DNA from: Tubulanus polymorphus
Lineage: Eukaryota; Animalia; Nemertea
DNA: 64,000 nt
Assembly: GCF_964204645.1 (NCBI RefSeq)
Contig: NC_134035.1
Coordinates: 2,170,001 to 2,234,000, forward strand
Direction: 5' to 3'
The notes beneath the pieces were generated by a model that saw only the letters and a list, made by a program, of their open reading frames with translations, was not told where the DNA came from and made no database searches. Made by a program: the position numbers and the translations under genes. This document shows, in pieces, positions 38,201 through 50,788 of this stretch (position 1 is the stretch's first letter; every line of letters starts with the position of its first letter).

Positions 38201-40384
38201 CACCCAAGAATACATGTCTGTACTGAATTTCATCGAAATCTGAGACAAAAAATATTTGACCCCTGACACTCATATTTGTGGAGTAGCAGCCTACCTTAGA
38301 TTGCCATTTCTCTGATACACCGGTAACTAGACTTTACTCTAACTCTGTATGTTAGATTTGTGGCCTCAAATCTTTTAAGTTTCATGTATATTTTTAGGAT
38401 GTTTGTCATCATTAGGAACTACATGTATGTATTGACGTTTTTGTTTGTTAGGACTACATCAGATGAACTGGATAAATATGTGTTGGCAGCGTTAGAACTC
38501 ACCGAGAGGATAAACAAACAAACGAACACATATTGGGAGAACTTGACTTCGGTTATAGTGAACTTTATGTCCACGAGGACTAAATATGTGACACTACCGA
38601 TTGGCTATGTTTGAACTAAAAACTGGGCAACTGAAAAAAAACTGCTCGTGGCATCTTGAACCCGTCGTTCGCTCCCAGACGAAACTAGGAATATCCCCGA
38701 TTCAAATTTACTCTTAAGCCTAATTCTTTCATAGAAAATTGTTTCTTTAATAGTTTCAGAGCATTTCTTTTCTGGTTACAGTGTTATTGGTAGTTGAATG
38801 CACTATTTTAGAGAATAAAGTTTAATTTGCTTGAAATTCTTCCTTTGGCATGTGAGCCTATCGCTTTACCGGATGCTAATAAATTCCGCTGACAAAAGAG
38901 TTCTATCAAAAATGTTTTGAAATTCGTTTTAAAAAGATATTCCCCTTCGAAAAACCTTTAACGATAGTACAATTATTCATATAAAATGGAATCGTAGTAA
39001 ACATTGAACGAAATTCGGCTAATGAAAATATCTTTATTACTCGCATGCCACAGTGTGATGGCGAGGCTGAGTTAGATATCTACCGTACAGTGCTGCCCCT
39101 ATGAATTACGATAGCGGAATTTTTGTGAACTTACTTATCAATTAATATAGTATTTATATACAGAATAACTGATTCATTTACATTTTTGAATGATAATTTA
39201 TCATCTGAATTGACAAAATGTCCATATTTTTTCTTCGATATGTTCTAATTGCGCGCAAATAATCAGGGAACATACAAACACCTGTCGCTCTCTCCCAGAC
39301 CATACTAAAAATACCCCGAGTCAAATTTACTCTTTCAAGGCTTATTCTTTAATAGAAAAATTGTTTGGTTCAAACGTTTAGAGCAGTTTTCAGAGTTTAA
39401 GAATTTTCTGCGGAATCCGGCCCGCAAATCGGTAATTAGTTCGTCCACTAAAGCCGTTCGAAGACTCTGGCAAGCGAGTATTATGTTAGTTCACGTTTTC
39501 AACGCTATCGTTATACATAGGGGCAGCACTAGACGGTCGAGATTGAATTGATCGCGCTAATTTTACTGTGGAGCGGGCTCAATTCAATCGCTAATTCTTT
39601 ATTACTAATTGAGATCTACATATAAAGTGAGATTGAAGTGAAATAAAACATAAGAATGATTACAGTTAGATTCCTTGTTTCGTGTCGTCAATGTTTTAGT
39701 TAAACTCATATTGACTTATCAGTCACTTGCCTGGAAATCAGAGATAACTCATTCGATTCTAGGCAGATCAAGTCAGGGAAAACATCATGCATGCCAGGGA
39801 ATAGTCGAGGAAACTGATTTAGAAACGACTGCATTGTTTTCAGATACCGACTTTACCGACCGTATCTATGATACACTATAGAAACAGTCGTTTCTAAAAT
39901 AAGTTCAAATACGTTAGACAAATTAATTACGTTGCCCCGATTAACTAAACTATGGAGAATTTGAATGACTGTTGAATTCCGGGTACTATTACTAACAAAT
40001 TCGAGGTTTGATAATTTCTTTGTTTTGTCGAAAAAGGTTTTTAATTCATTTTCAGGTTTTCATTTATTGCCATCCAACGATTTTTTTGTCATTACTGGAT
40101 GTACTAATACTGATGACTGAGACGAATTTGTTTGTAACAGTTGAAATGAGTTCATGCTCATTCATTTGAGTTGCATAAGAATCCTGAATTTGAAAGGAGC
40201 TGGATTAACCGAAAGATACGACATCGCCCGCCCGCACCAGGTGGTTTCACTGAACCCAGGACGCCTGGTTGGTCCAGCTGGATAACTTCCTTAGACACCA
40301 TGGAATCAATATACCCACTAAAATTCATGCACAGAATTTGTTCATTCATTTCGTCGACAAATTATATCATATCATTTTTCTGGT

Positions 40385-43148
40385 TGCAGGCTCAAGTTGC
40401 ATATTTGAACAATGACCTGTCGCGCACGACTAACTGGAACCATGACCGTGACAGGGACGTGATTAGCCTATTTGCATTCTGTACATGAGTCAGTTATAGA
40501 TATATCGGCTGTCATACGAGACACACGTACAGTTTTGTAGGGATTTAGGATATCGACTCTGGGAGAAAATACGTGAGATTTTTGGAACGGAAATACATTA
40601 TTTGGAATTCTCAAATTCGAAATTTCAAAAACCCTCGTTCGTATCAGGATGACATTGACTCCGTAGCTGCAAGCTAATAGTTTTTGAAACGGGAATTCGC
40701 TATCCGACTAACACGAATCCGAATTCTCGAATTCATCGTTCATATCTGGATAAACTGCAGCAATCAGTGTTAGAGCTGATGATATCGTAGAATGGATTCT
40801 CGTTGTAGACGACGACGCTATAAGAAATCTGTGAGGGATAAACTAGTGTAATATCGGGATATAATAAGCTGATAATCGATCAGTGTATCGGACAATGATC
40901 ATCGGATTAATTATCAAACGTAATCGCTAATTGAGAAAACCTTTGTTGAGACATTTTAGTGATGTTTATTTGAATTCATTTATTTTCAAACTTGAGGTTA
41001 AGTCAGATTCCTGTTTGTTCTTCGTTAATTCATTCCTGTATGATTAACCATTTTCAAAAATAAACATAAATATATCATAATTAGTATTCTATATTGGATG
41101 TTGTTTTATTCATTCCACTCTTATTGTGATACTCTAAAGATATTTAATGACTGGGAGGATTCGATCATAGGACAGAGGCTCTAAAATACCCTGGCAGGCG
41201 GTGAATAACAGCGCTGGCAAGTGAGGAAATTGGCTCGTTTTTTCCCTGGCAAGCGAGGAAACTGGGAGGTCAGGAAATTGGCTCTTTTTTGCCCTGGCAA
41301 GCGAGGAAACTGGCTCCTTTTTACCCTGGCAAGCGAGGAAACTGGCTCTTTTTTGCCCTGGCAAGCGAGGAAACTGGCCCTTTTTTGCCCTGGCAAGCGA
41401 GGAAACTGGCTCCTTTTTGCCCTGGCAAGCGAGGAAACTGGCTCCTTTTTGCCCTGGCAAGCGAGGAAACTGGCTCCTTTTTGCCCTGGCAAGCGAGGAA
41501 ACTGGCTCCTTTTTGCCCTGGCAAGCGAGTATTGGTCCGGTCCCGCATATTATAGGTCCGCTTCCGTAAAATGCCTGCCTCTCCTGGGGGAAGTGGCCTC
41601 TTTGGCTCCTTTTTGCCCTGGCAAGCGAGTATTGGTCCGTTCCCGCATTTTATAGGTCCGCTTCCGCAATGTGGCTGCCTCTCCTAGGCGAAGTGGCCAC
41701 TTCCCCCAGGAGAGGCAGGCAATTTACGGAAGCGGACCTATAATATGCGGGACCGGACCGATACTCGCTTGCCAGGGCAAAAAGGAGCCAAAGAGGCCAC
41801 TTCCCCCAGGAGAGGCAGGCATTTTACGGAAGCGGACCTATAATATGCGGGACCGGACTGATACTCGCTTGCCAGGGCAAAAAGGAGCCAAAGAGGCCTC
41901 TTCCCCCAGGAGAGGCAGGCATTTTACGGATGCGGACCTATAATATGCGGGACCGGACCGATACTCGCTTGCCATGGTAAAAAGGAGCCAGTTTCCTCGC
42001 TTGCCAGGGCAAAAAGGAGCCAGTTTCCTCGCTTGCCAGGGCAAAAAGGAGCCAGTTTCCTCGCTTGCCAGGGCAAAAAGGAGCCAGTTTCCTCGCTTGC
42101 CAGGGCAAAAAGGAGCCAGTTTCCTCGCTTGCCAGGGCAAAAAAGAGCCAGTTTCCTCGCTTGCCAGGGCAAAAAAGAGCCAGTTTCCTCGCTTGCCAGG
42201 GTAAAAAGGAGCCAGTTTCCTCGCTTGCCAGGGCAAAAAAGAGCCAATTTCCTGACCTCCCAGTTTCCTCGCTTGCCAGGGAAAAAACGAGCCAATTTCC
42301 TCACTTGCCAGCGCTGTTATTCACCGCCTGCCAGGGTATTTTAGAGCCTCTGTCCTATGATCGAATCCTCCCAGTCATTAAATATCTTTAGAGTATCACA
42401 ATAAGAGTGTAATGAATAAAACAACATCCAATATAGAATACTAATTATGATATATTTATGTTTATTTTTGAAAATGGTTAATCATACAGGAATGAATTAA
42501 CGAAGAACAAACAGGAATCTGACTTAACCTCAAGTTTGAAAATAAATGAATTCAAATAAACATCACTGAAATGTCTCACCAAAGGTTTTCTCAATTAGCG
42601 ATCACGTTTGATAATTAATCCGATGATCATTGTCCGATACACTGATCGATTATCAGCTTATTATATCCCGATATTACACTAGTTTATTCCTAACAGATTT
42701 CTTATAGCGTCGTCATCTTCAACAAAATCGAGAATGCTCTACGATAGACTCAGCTCTAACACCTATTGCTGCAGTTATATCCAGATGTAAACGATAAATT
42801 CCGATAACGATAAATTTATTTTGACCGAGTAGCGAATTCCCGTTTCAAAAACCTATGTATTTTCTTGCAGCTCCGGAGTCAATGTCATCCAGATACGAAC
42901 GATGGTTTTTGAAATTTCGAATCTGAGAATTCCAAATAATGTATTTCCGTTCCAAAAATCTCACGTATTTTCTCGCAGAGTCAATATCCTAAATTCCTAC
43001 AAAACTGTACGTGTGTCTCGTATGACAGCCGATATATCTCTGACTAATGTACAGAATGTATATAGGCTAATCACGTCCCCGTCACGGTCATGGTTCCAGT
43101 TAGTCGTGCGCGACAAGTCATTGTTCAAATATGCAACTTGCGCCTCCA
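40385..43148. repeat. 2.76-kb spacer-less palindrome (foldback-like), centre between 41696 and 41697
   Basis: The arms are reverse complements and the centre is gaagtgg|ccacttc. Inner arms are near-identical; outer arms are diverged. Confidence 0.95.
41291..42234. repeat. 32-bp minisatellite (gccctggcaagcgaggaaactggctccttttt; 7 units left, 8 inverted units right) around ~99-bp repeats
   Basis: Units counted at 41291-41514 and 41979-42234. About 2 + 3 units of 99 bp lie between them. Confidence 0.92.
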
Positions 43149-45177
43149 ATAAAATGAATTCATAAGGTGATGACCGACTGTAGATTTTAGAAAACTAATC
43201 GAAATGGTCAAAAACTCCAAGTGAAACTGAAACTCATGTGTTGTAGAAAATAATAGTCAATAACCAGGGACAGTATTTTCTTGTCAGCGGTTTTGTACAA
43301 ACCAAATTTATCCTGTTGAGCAAATCTGATTTGATTCAGATGACACGTGACTGGCAAATTACCGGTGCGATTAGGAAAATCAAATCTGATTTGACAGGAA
43401 AAATTCACTTCATGTTAATTAATTGCGAACCGAAATTATTTGCATAAGTTTTGAACCGTTTAAAACATCCAATATCAGACCGTGTTTCCTGCAATTTCCT
43501 ATGACTAGCTGCTTTCAAATCCAATACATTCAATATCATTCGAATAGGGCTTTTCGATATAACAATAGTGTTAACTTTATTGTTCCATGAGAATCACAAT
43601 CAACAGGAATATATAAATATCTAGAGAGAGTTAACAGTTAGACAGTAGATAGAAATGAGGAAATAAGTTGTTTAGAAAGTCAGAAGATCTTTTTTGTTGA
43701 TACAAGTAGTACATAAAACGTTAAATGCCACTATAATTTGAAACAGTACACCCGCTGATGGATAAATTGATAAATACTTGTACATATCCCTGGGCTGCCC
43801 TGCTGTTTACTGTCATCATCAATTTTAACACGTGATTTCTATGTTTAAAGCTGCTATCACACGTCAATATCCCGCAAAACCCATATTTGATGATAAAACA
43901 GCTTATTGGGAGTTTCTTTCAAAGTATTGACTAAACTTCATCTCATCACCTGATGATAAAGTTGAGTCATCAAATTTGAAACCGTTTAATCATCACCTGT
44001 GGGTTTTGCTCAGTAACTCTGAAATACTGAGATCAATCAATCTCTATACCAGTCATGCTATCACACAATTTGGCCCGGGTCAAACTGGCCTCGACCAGAC
44101 CGCAGGCAAATTTGCCCTGTGACTAATTAGAGTGCGTAAATCACTCACTTGTTATTGAAATGCTATGAAAATGATGCTGTAGCAAGCGAGGTGATTCACT
44201 TCTGGAACCAGATCTGACCTGTGCTAAAATCTGGCATGAGTCAGGTCCTATGTTTTCGGTGTGGCCAAATTTTGCTCGTATCAAATAGGCCCGATTTGGC
44301 ACCAGCGCAAATGTTTGGCCCAGGTTGAATAAAAATGCTCGTGTGATTGCGACTAAAAATAGCCTAAATACCGGATAAGCTTTACTGTACAAATAGCTTC
44401 TGAATATAAAATAGATACTGGTACATGTAAATGTATTATCCTGTAAGATACCAACGTTTTTTATTGTTTAGTTATGAAGACATGAGATTTTAGAACTGAA
44501 TATCTGCAACTGTGAGTCTATTTAGTATGGCGAAGTATATTCTATCCAGATATCGGATATCGGATATCACTCACTGCAAATTCTAGTGTCTGCAATACTT
44601 AGTACAACTTACAGAACAAGAATAAGGCAATACCTTATACATACTCGATGTACTATAGCGTACTAGCTGATATATAAAACCTAATAATCAATAACGAAAT
44701 AATTCCCTCACTAAAAGTGAATTTATGCATCATACATCAAGACCGCAATGATTTGCCAACATTCTACTTGACACCGGCGCAGAGCTGTAGTGATCGGTTA
44801 TCGGTTCAAATCAGAGATTGGTGCGGGATCTAATAATAGCAGAATGGTGGCTGGCAAGTATCTTGGTCGAACATTCTTCTCCGGGCTCTCCCCTCATCGG
44901 AAAAAAACCTCGAATTGGCTAATAATTCGTGCTCAGTGGTTCAAGGATAGAGAAATGGAATGTTGTGGTCTCGATTTAACGATGCATTAATTCACTTTCA
45001 GTGTTTCGAGTGCGATGTATTATTACATGGAAAATCCACCATAACAAATGATAGATATTCAAACCAATCTAACTATAGACATGAATTTCAAATCAATTTT
45101 AAAAAGATCAAAATTGTCTTTCAGCGTAAATGGAATGCATGAAGTAAGCGTGATGGTCGTGTACAGTGAGTGAAGTA

Positions 45178-48100
45178 TCACTTTGCGTCATCAGAAAGTT
45201 CAGTCGTAGAAGATGCCATCAGGAGATCGAGTTGTTTCCGAGCCCCTTCTAGGAATACATCTAGACTGGAGAGTTGTCTTCGATTTACAGCTTTATCGCG
45301 CTGTAAGAGAGTAATGTAATACATACACACACTGTTTATCGAGGTTATCCCCTATTTTATGCTTTTTTTACATCCTCCCTCAGCAGGGATTTGAACCTGA
45401 TGGCATCGAGACTGCCAAAACCAAAACCTTGCCCGACTAGCCCGAACGTGCAGCTACATGCGCAGCTTAGATGATATCAATATTAGCCAATCAGAAATCC
45501 CATGGGTTTTTCCATTTATAGTTTATCCATGAAATTTGCTTCACTGATTACACAACAGGCAATCTGATTGACTGAAGTTTTATGCGGCAAACTTGCGCAC
45601 TCAGATTAGTGTCGTGGCTGAGTCTAGCGATGCTATCAGGTTTGTACCCACGCCGAGGGAATATGCCTTTTTCACTAAAAGGTGTATGAAATATTCTAAT
45701 TCGTCTAACACTGACCTGTCTCTGTTCGTCAACGTATAAATTCATTTCGGCTTTATTCGTCTGTAACATCTGTTTTCGCGAGTCGGCGCTTTTCTTTCGC
45801 TCGTCTTCGAAAGCGGTTTCTAAAGTTTTCTGAAAAAAATAACATCAACAGTGAGGATAACCGATCTAAGATGGCAATTTGAAGATTAAACAATAAAACA
45901 TGCATAACTTACGAGATTTTTCTCCCGCTCCTCTCTGATAATCTCGTCGAAGTGAAGTCGACACTTTTCTTTTTCTTCGTCCAGTAAATTAGCCATCTTC
46001 CCCTGAAATGTATTAGTCAATATGTGTACTCTGCTCTTCATTCATAGTGATATGGCTCTAACTCAAGGGGCTGATTATACGTAATTTTTTAAGGCAAATG
46101 ATATGATCCATTGAAGAGTTGTATATTGAGATATGATGTATGGCAAACAAGTAAATTTGCACATGCATGTAGTAACTAAACAAAAGGCATCAAATTATTG
46201 CAAAAATGAGTAACAGTTGAATCAAAATTCATATACTCCTACGAAAAAGGCAATTAACTTTTAAACATTTGTAAGTTTCAGCGTCCTGCAATGCAGCAAT
46301 CAAAAGTATTTCCGAGCAAGTAATCATCCCCTGCCAAGCAAGACCATGATAAAACCGAACCGAAATGATAACAAACAATTTCCTTTCTATAATTTGAATA
46401 ATCGCAACGTAAACCCTGACTTTACCTTTTCATCTCGTATGAGCTGCATTGATTTCTCTCTTTCTTGTTGTAGTACTGTTTCAATTGTTTTCTGACTGGT
46501 ATCGCGCTCCTCCTACGACCAGAATACCGAATGGAATAATATTCAGTTTAAACGACGGATGAAACAAAAGAACTGGAATCTCGCGTCCGTGTCAACAGTT
46601 ATCAACTTACCAACAGAGCGAGTTTTATGGCTTCGCGACTTTTCTCTCTCTCGTTCGATAAACATTTCTCCAGTTCCTCCTAAAACAAAATCATTCATCG
46701 AAATTGCATCATGAAGTTTCATTTAGATTACATACAGTAGAACCTTGTTACAACGAACTTCAGGAGGCCAGAAAATCTGTTTATTGTAACTGGTAGTTCA
46801 TTGAAATTATTGAACTTAACCTACTAGGGACGTTAAATCGTTAAATGCCAGGTCGCTATTAACGAAATTCAACTAAATTATAAGTTGATTCAGCTTGCCT
46901 TGGATCTTGGTTCTTGAGGGAAAATTCTGCAAATTCTAGGCTAGTCGCAGCAGGGATAGGACAGCACCGTATGAATTGGGGAAGGAAAATTCAGAGCATG
47001 CAATAATCCGAGGCTATAGGCTCTGTTGCAGTTGGAGTCGTGAAATGTTTGGATGCTTACCCGATGTTTCTGTTCCAAGTCAGCGATGAGTTCATGTATT
47101 TTCTTGCTGTTATCGATGCGATCTTGTTCTAACGAATCGTTCAATTGCTTTCGCTAAAATAAACCAGAAGCAAATTCCTTTTACGTTTAGGATCATCTAA
47201 CTTTCCAAAAGGGATGGTTCTTAAAGTATGTACACAAAAAGATCGAAAATCAAAAACTCGTTGTACCACATTGCCAATGACCTCTTCCTTATGTGTTTGT
47301 TGAGCATAAATGCTTGCCAATAGGTAGACTTAAAAAATAGCGGATTTCAAAAACCTTAACAAACATGTCTTGCATCCAGGTCAATCTTATTTTCAACGCG
47401 TCTGGCCGCATAATCTTAACATAAAGGCTGGTTTCAACAGAATCATTAGGGATTTAGAAGCCAAATAAACAAGGCCAAATACATACTAGTAAAACATGGT
47501 GTATTTTGATAACATCAATTACGTACGCTTTGTTCAAATAGCTACCTCTTTGCGTATATATACTTAAAGAACAATCCAGAAGTTTCCATGCCCTGCACTT
47601 ATCCTTACCTGCTCATGCATAGAATTTTCATACATCTCGGCTTTAGTTTTCAGTACATCCTGCAGGTGGCGTTCGCTGACTTCTTGTTGCTCCAAAATGG
47701 CCACTTTACAAAGTTGTTTATATTCCTCGACGATCAAAGCGACCGCGTCGTGACCGGCTTTTCTTACCGCGTCTAAATCGAGTCTGTGTCGAGTCTACAA
47801 AAAGTGGGAAATATGTGAAACATTATGAGATCATAACAGTTTGATCCAGGGTTCATAGTAGCAAGGCTAAGACAAAAATAAGCACTTTCAAGCATAGTAA
47901 AAACAAGCACTTTGATCATAAAAGTAAGAATTTTGTAAGGCAAAAAACAGATGCTCTTCCTATCGTTTAAGACCGTCCAAAAATAATTTGGGGATATCAA
48001 AAGTCAAAAGTAAGAACATTAAAATTTTTGTGAAAATTAAGCACTTTGTAAGGGCTTTGCTCGATTTCATCAAAATTAAGCACTTTTGAAACTAGCTATG

Positions 48101-50788
48101 AATCCTGAGAAATTGTCAGTACCTGTAATTTCTCATACTCTTGTCTCTCGGTTTCTAATTGCCGTCGACAAGTTTCCAGTTCTATTTCCAGCTGTTTGTT
48201 TGATGCTGTTATTCTTTCTAATTCCTGAAAATGAATTAATGCATATACAAACACGAATCCGAGTCCGAATCTGCGTTAGTGCGGTATTTAATACTATATA
48301 ACTACTAAAACAATCGACTGGTTCTCATCATTTCAGCATTGATCATGATGAAGAGAACAAACCTTTTTAAATGCGGATTTCTCGTTTTCCAAAGCCGACA
48401 ACTGAACTCGTGATAAAGTGGTCGTTTTATCAATCGATCGAGTATTATTCGAATCACCAGCAGCAGACGGATCATTCTTATGATCATCGTTATTCAGTAA
48501 AGACGATGACGACGATGCAGTAGATGAAATTCGGCCATTTTCTTGTGACGCTTCCTTGAAAATATCGAGCATATGTACAATTTATTGTATAGAAACCTTC
48601 AGACAGTCAATATTTGTAGCATGAGATCTTGGCGAACACTTTTTGGGGTTGTGTATATGAAACATAAAGCATCGTTGTTCCAAGATTGGTCTAATGGGGT
48701 GGTTCCAGACTGCAGCTGGGTACCTACATTAACTCAAGAGAGCCAAACCAACTGAAATGTGCTGCCCACTGAAAGAGCATTTCAGTCATATTCAATATAC
48801 CTAACGCGCATGTATCAAATAAAAGCAGTCATTGACCACACTCATATACAGTAAACCCATCAAATTTTCACTTGATGAACACAGATCTTAGAACCAGTGT
48901 AATATAGATAACCAAATAATGTTCATTGTGCAACTAAGAATTTCATCAAACTTGAAAAACATTGGTCCAGATTTATTCAAGTTACGAGCAGTTTACCGTG
49001 TTATTTTTTTTCTGATCTTTTTTCTAACACTAAAGTCCTCACCGGTTTGAATAGTTGTGTTTCAGTATTGCTACTAGATCGATCCAAGTCAAGATCTTCT
49101 AACATTTTCAGCACGGCATCCTCATCAGCCGTTTCAGATCTCAGACCAGCGACGAAAGCGCCCGCGATTTTATCAGTATCGACACGCGAGTCATCGGGCG
49201 CTGAATCAACGGCAGTTTGTTCGACGGATGAGGTAGAAGTCAAATCTAAGTCGAGAAAGCTGCTCTGCACCTGCAATACGTACGGTAGAAAATATATATT
49301 CATCAATATTCTAATGTTAATTCTAATGAATTTTTGAGTTGGTAAAATAGAAAGGCGTGGCGAATGAAAGTGAAATCGCACTAATCACTATTTGAAAGTG
49401 AAATTTGTGAAAAATGCAGTTTGTTGAAGTTTGTTAGAATTTAAGTCACTGGACTTATGCAGGTACAGTTGAACCTTCGTTAATACGATTCTGTTAAAGA
49501 TGAAACTCGTTTATTACAATGATTTCCAACCTGTCCGAGCTAAGATATTAATATCAAACAAGATAAGACAAAACCTGTTTAATAATACAAACAACAATTT
49601 CACTTTTGCCCACAAGATTTGTATTAGTGAGGTTCCACTGAATGTCTGAGGGGATGCAGGATCCAGGCTATAGATTGATATCTGCAATAATTCACATTGC
49701 AGACCTATAACGGTACATGTATTTAATACATGGAATGCTCTAGGTATGGAATTGCATACGTAGAGCTATCAGGGATAGTCCATCTATTGATGCTTTTAAG
49801 CATAATCTTAAAACTTACCTTTTTAGACAAACATTTGAAATGTGATTTTTATATCTACCTATTTTCTATGTTTTATTGTATCTTAATGATTCTTATGTTT
49901 TTATGCTTTGTAAAGCGCCGTGATAAATTCCATTAGTACGGCGCTATATAAGAAAATAAATAATTATTATTATTATTATCAAAATACCTGATTTAATGCA
50001 TTATGAGCGGTCAGAACATCTCGTTCCAAGTCAAACGCCGGGTATGTCTCCGGAGGAGGATCGTTGCTTGAAGAGGTCGCAGACGGCGGTTGACCATCGA
50101 TGAGATTAACAGCAGACGTCGATGTTTGAATCAGATCTGGCTGAGCGCCAACTTAAAACAGAAAGAATTCTTTTAACTAGGCCTATCGCGAAAAAGATGC
50201 CACAAAAACTTGTTGAACGTGAAAGAATTATATTCTATAATACAATTGAAATTCAACAAAGGTCCATTGTGTGGGACAGTCGCCTAATCAAGGCTTGGAT
50301 ATTATCTAAGACTGATCTAAGTGTAAGGCATAGAGCAATCTTACCACTCACAACCAGTTCATGAATTTATTTATAAAAAGACGACCCTGAAATCAATACG
50401 CACCGCCGACTGGAAAAACAGCCCATTGAGCAATAGTAGCTTCACCAGGTCGAGCTTCGCCAGGAGCGACCGGTTCAGCACCCTAGAAAACAACCATTTC
50501 ATCAGTTACAGGATAATCAAGCTGGGTATAATGGTTAGACTTACACCATGCAAAATGCCAGTTTCTCATCATCTAAAATTTTTAAAAATGGTCGGGGTTG
50601 GATTTTTTATTTTCTATTTTTCCGACAATTTCAAATAAATAATGGGCCTTATATTTCAACAACTAAAATCATAAAATTGAATATTTGGCACGCGACAGTT
50701 CACTGCTCGGCCTTACCTCAAAGCCACCAAATTCTCCAAAGTCGTCATCATCATCGTCTTCCAAATACTGACCGGACGCTGCAGAGTC
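45178..50788 (-). CDS. CCDC91: Coiled-coil domain-containing protein 91 (p56, GGA-binding partner); about 13 exons located, start codon unresolved
   Basis: Exon 50788-50717 encodes EDDDDDDFGEFGGFE (GAE-binding motif) and the next exon has AQWAVFP. Central exons are coiled-coil. The last exon, 45300-45178, reads RDKAVNRRQLSSLDVFLEGARKQLDLLM, matching the CCDC91 C-terminus. Confidence 0.88.
45377..45443 (-). mobile_element. Possible tRNA-derived SINE head
   Basis: B-box GGTTCAAATCC on the minus strand with a weak A box; intronic. Confidence 0.35.
49466..49640. mobile_element. Tc1/mariner-pogo-type MITE (CAGT.GAACCT termini); related copy ~46735-46873
   Basis: ta-cagttgaaccttcgttaatacga...tgtattagtgaggttccactg. 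Confidence 0.55.
49741..49979 (+). mobile_element. 5'-truncated L2/Crack-type LINE 3' end
   Basis: Encodes WNCIRRAIRDSPSIDAFKHNLKTYLFRQTFEM*, followed by the stem-loop agcgccgt...acggcgct and an (ATT)n tail. Confidence 0.8.

Larger units (their letters stand above)
32545..39603. repeat. ~3.05-kb tandem repeat, 2.3 copies (starts ~32545, ~35600, ~38628)
   Basis: The anchor ctgctcgtggcatct recurs at 32560, 35615 and 38642. The third copy is truncated and has an internal deletion at ~39130. Confidence 0.92.

Noticed and set aside
34000-38243. Pro/His-rich and F/K-rich ORFs in the 3-kb unit
   Set aside because: They come from the C-rich minisatellite and the MITE-like insert, and frames are not preserved between copies.
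41291-42234. CRISPR-like array of 32-bp repeats
   Set aside because: The units are contiguous with no unique spacers, there are no cas genes, and the context is eukaryotic. It is a minisatellite.
41134-42391. Many overlapping 75-144 aa ORFs
   Set aside because: They are translations of a stop-free tandem repeat, mirrored on both strands.
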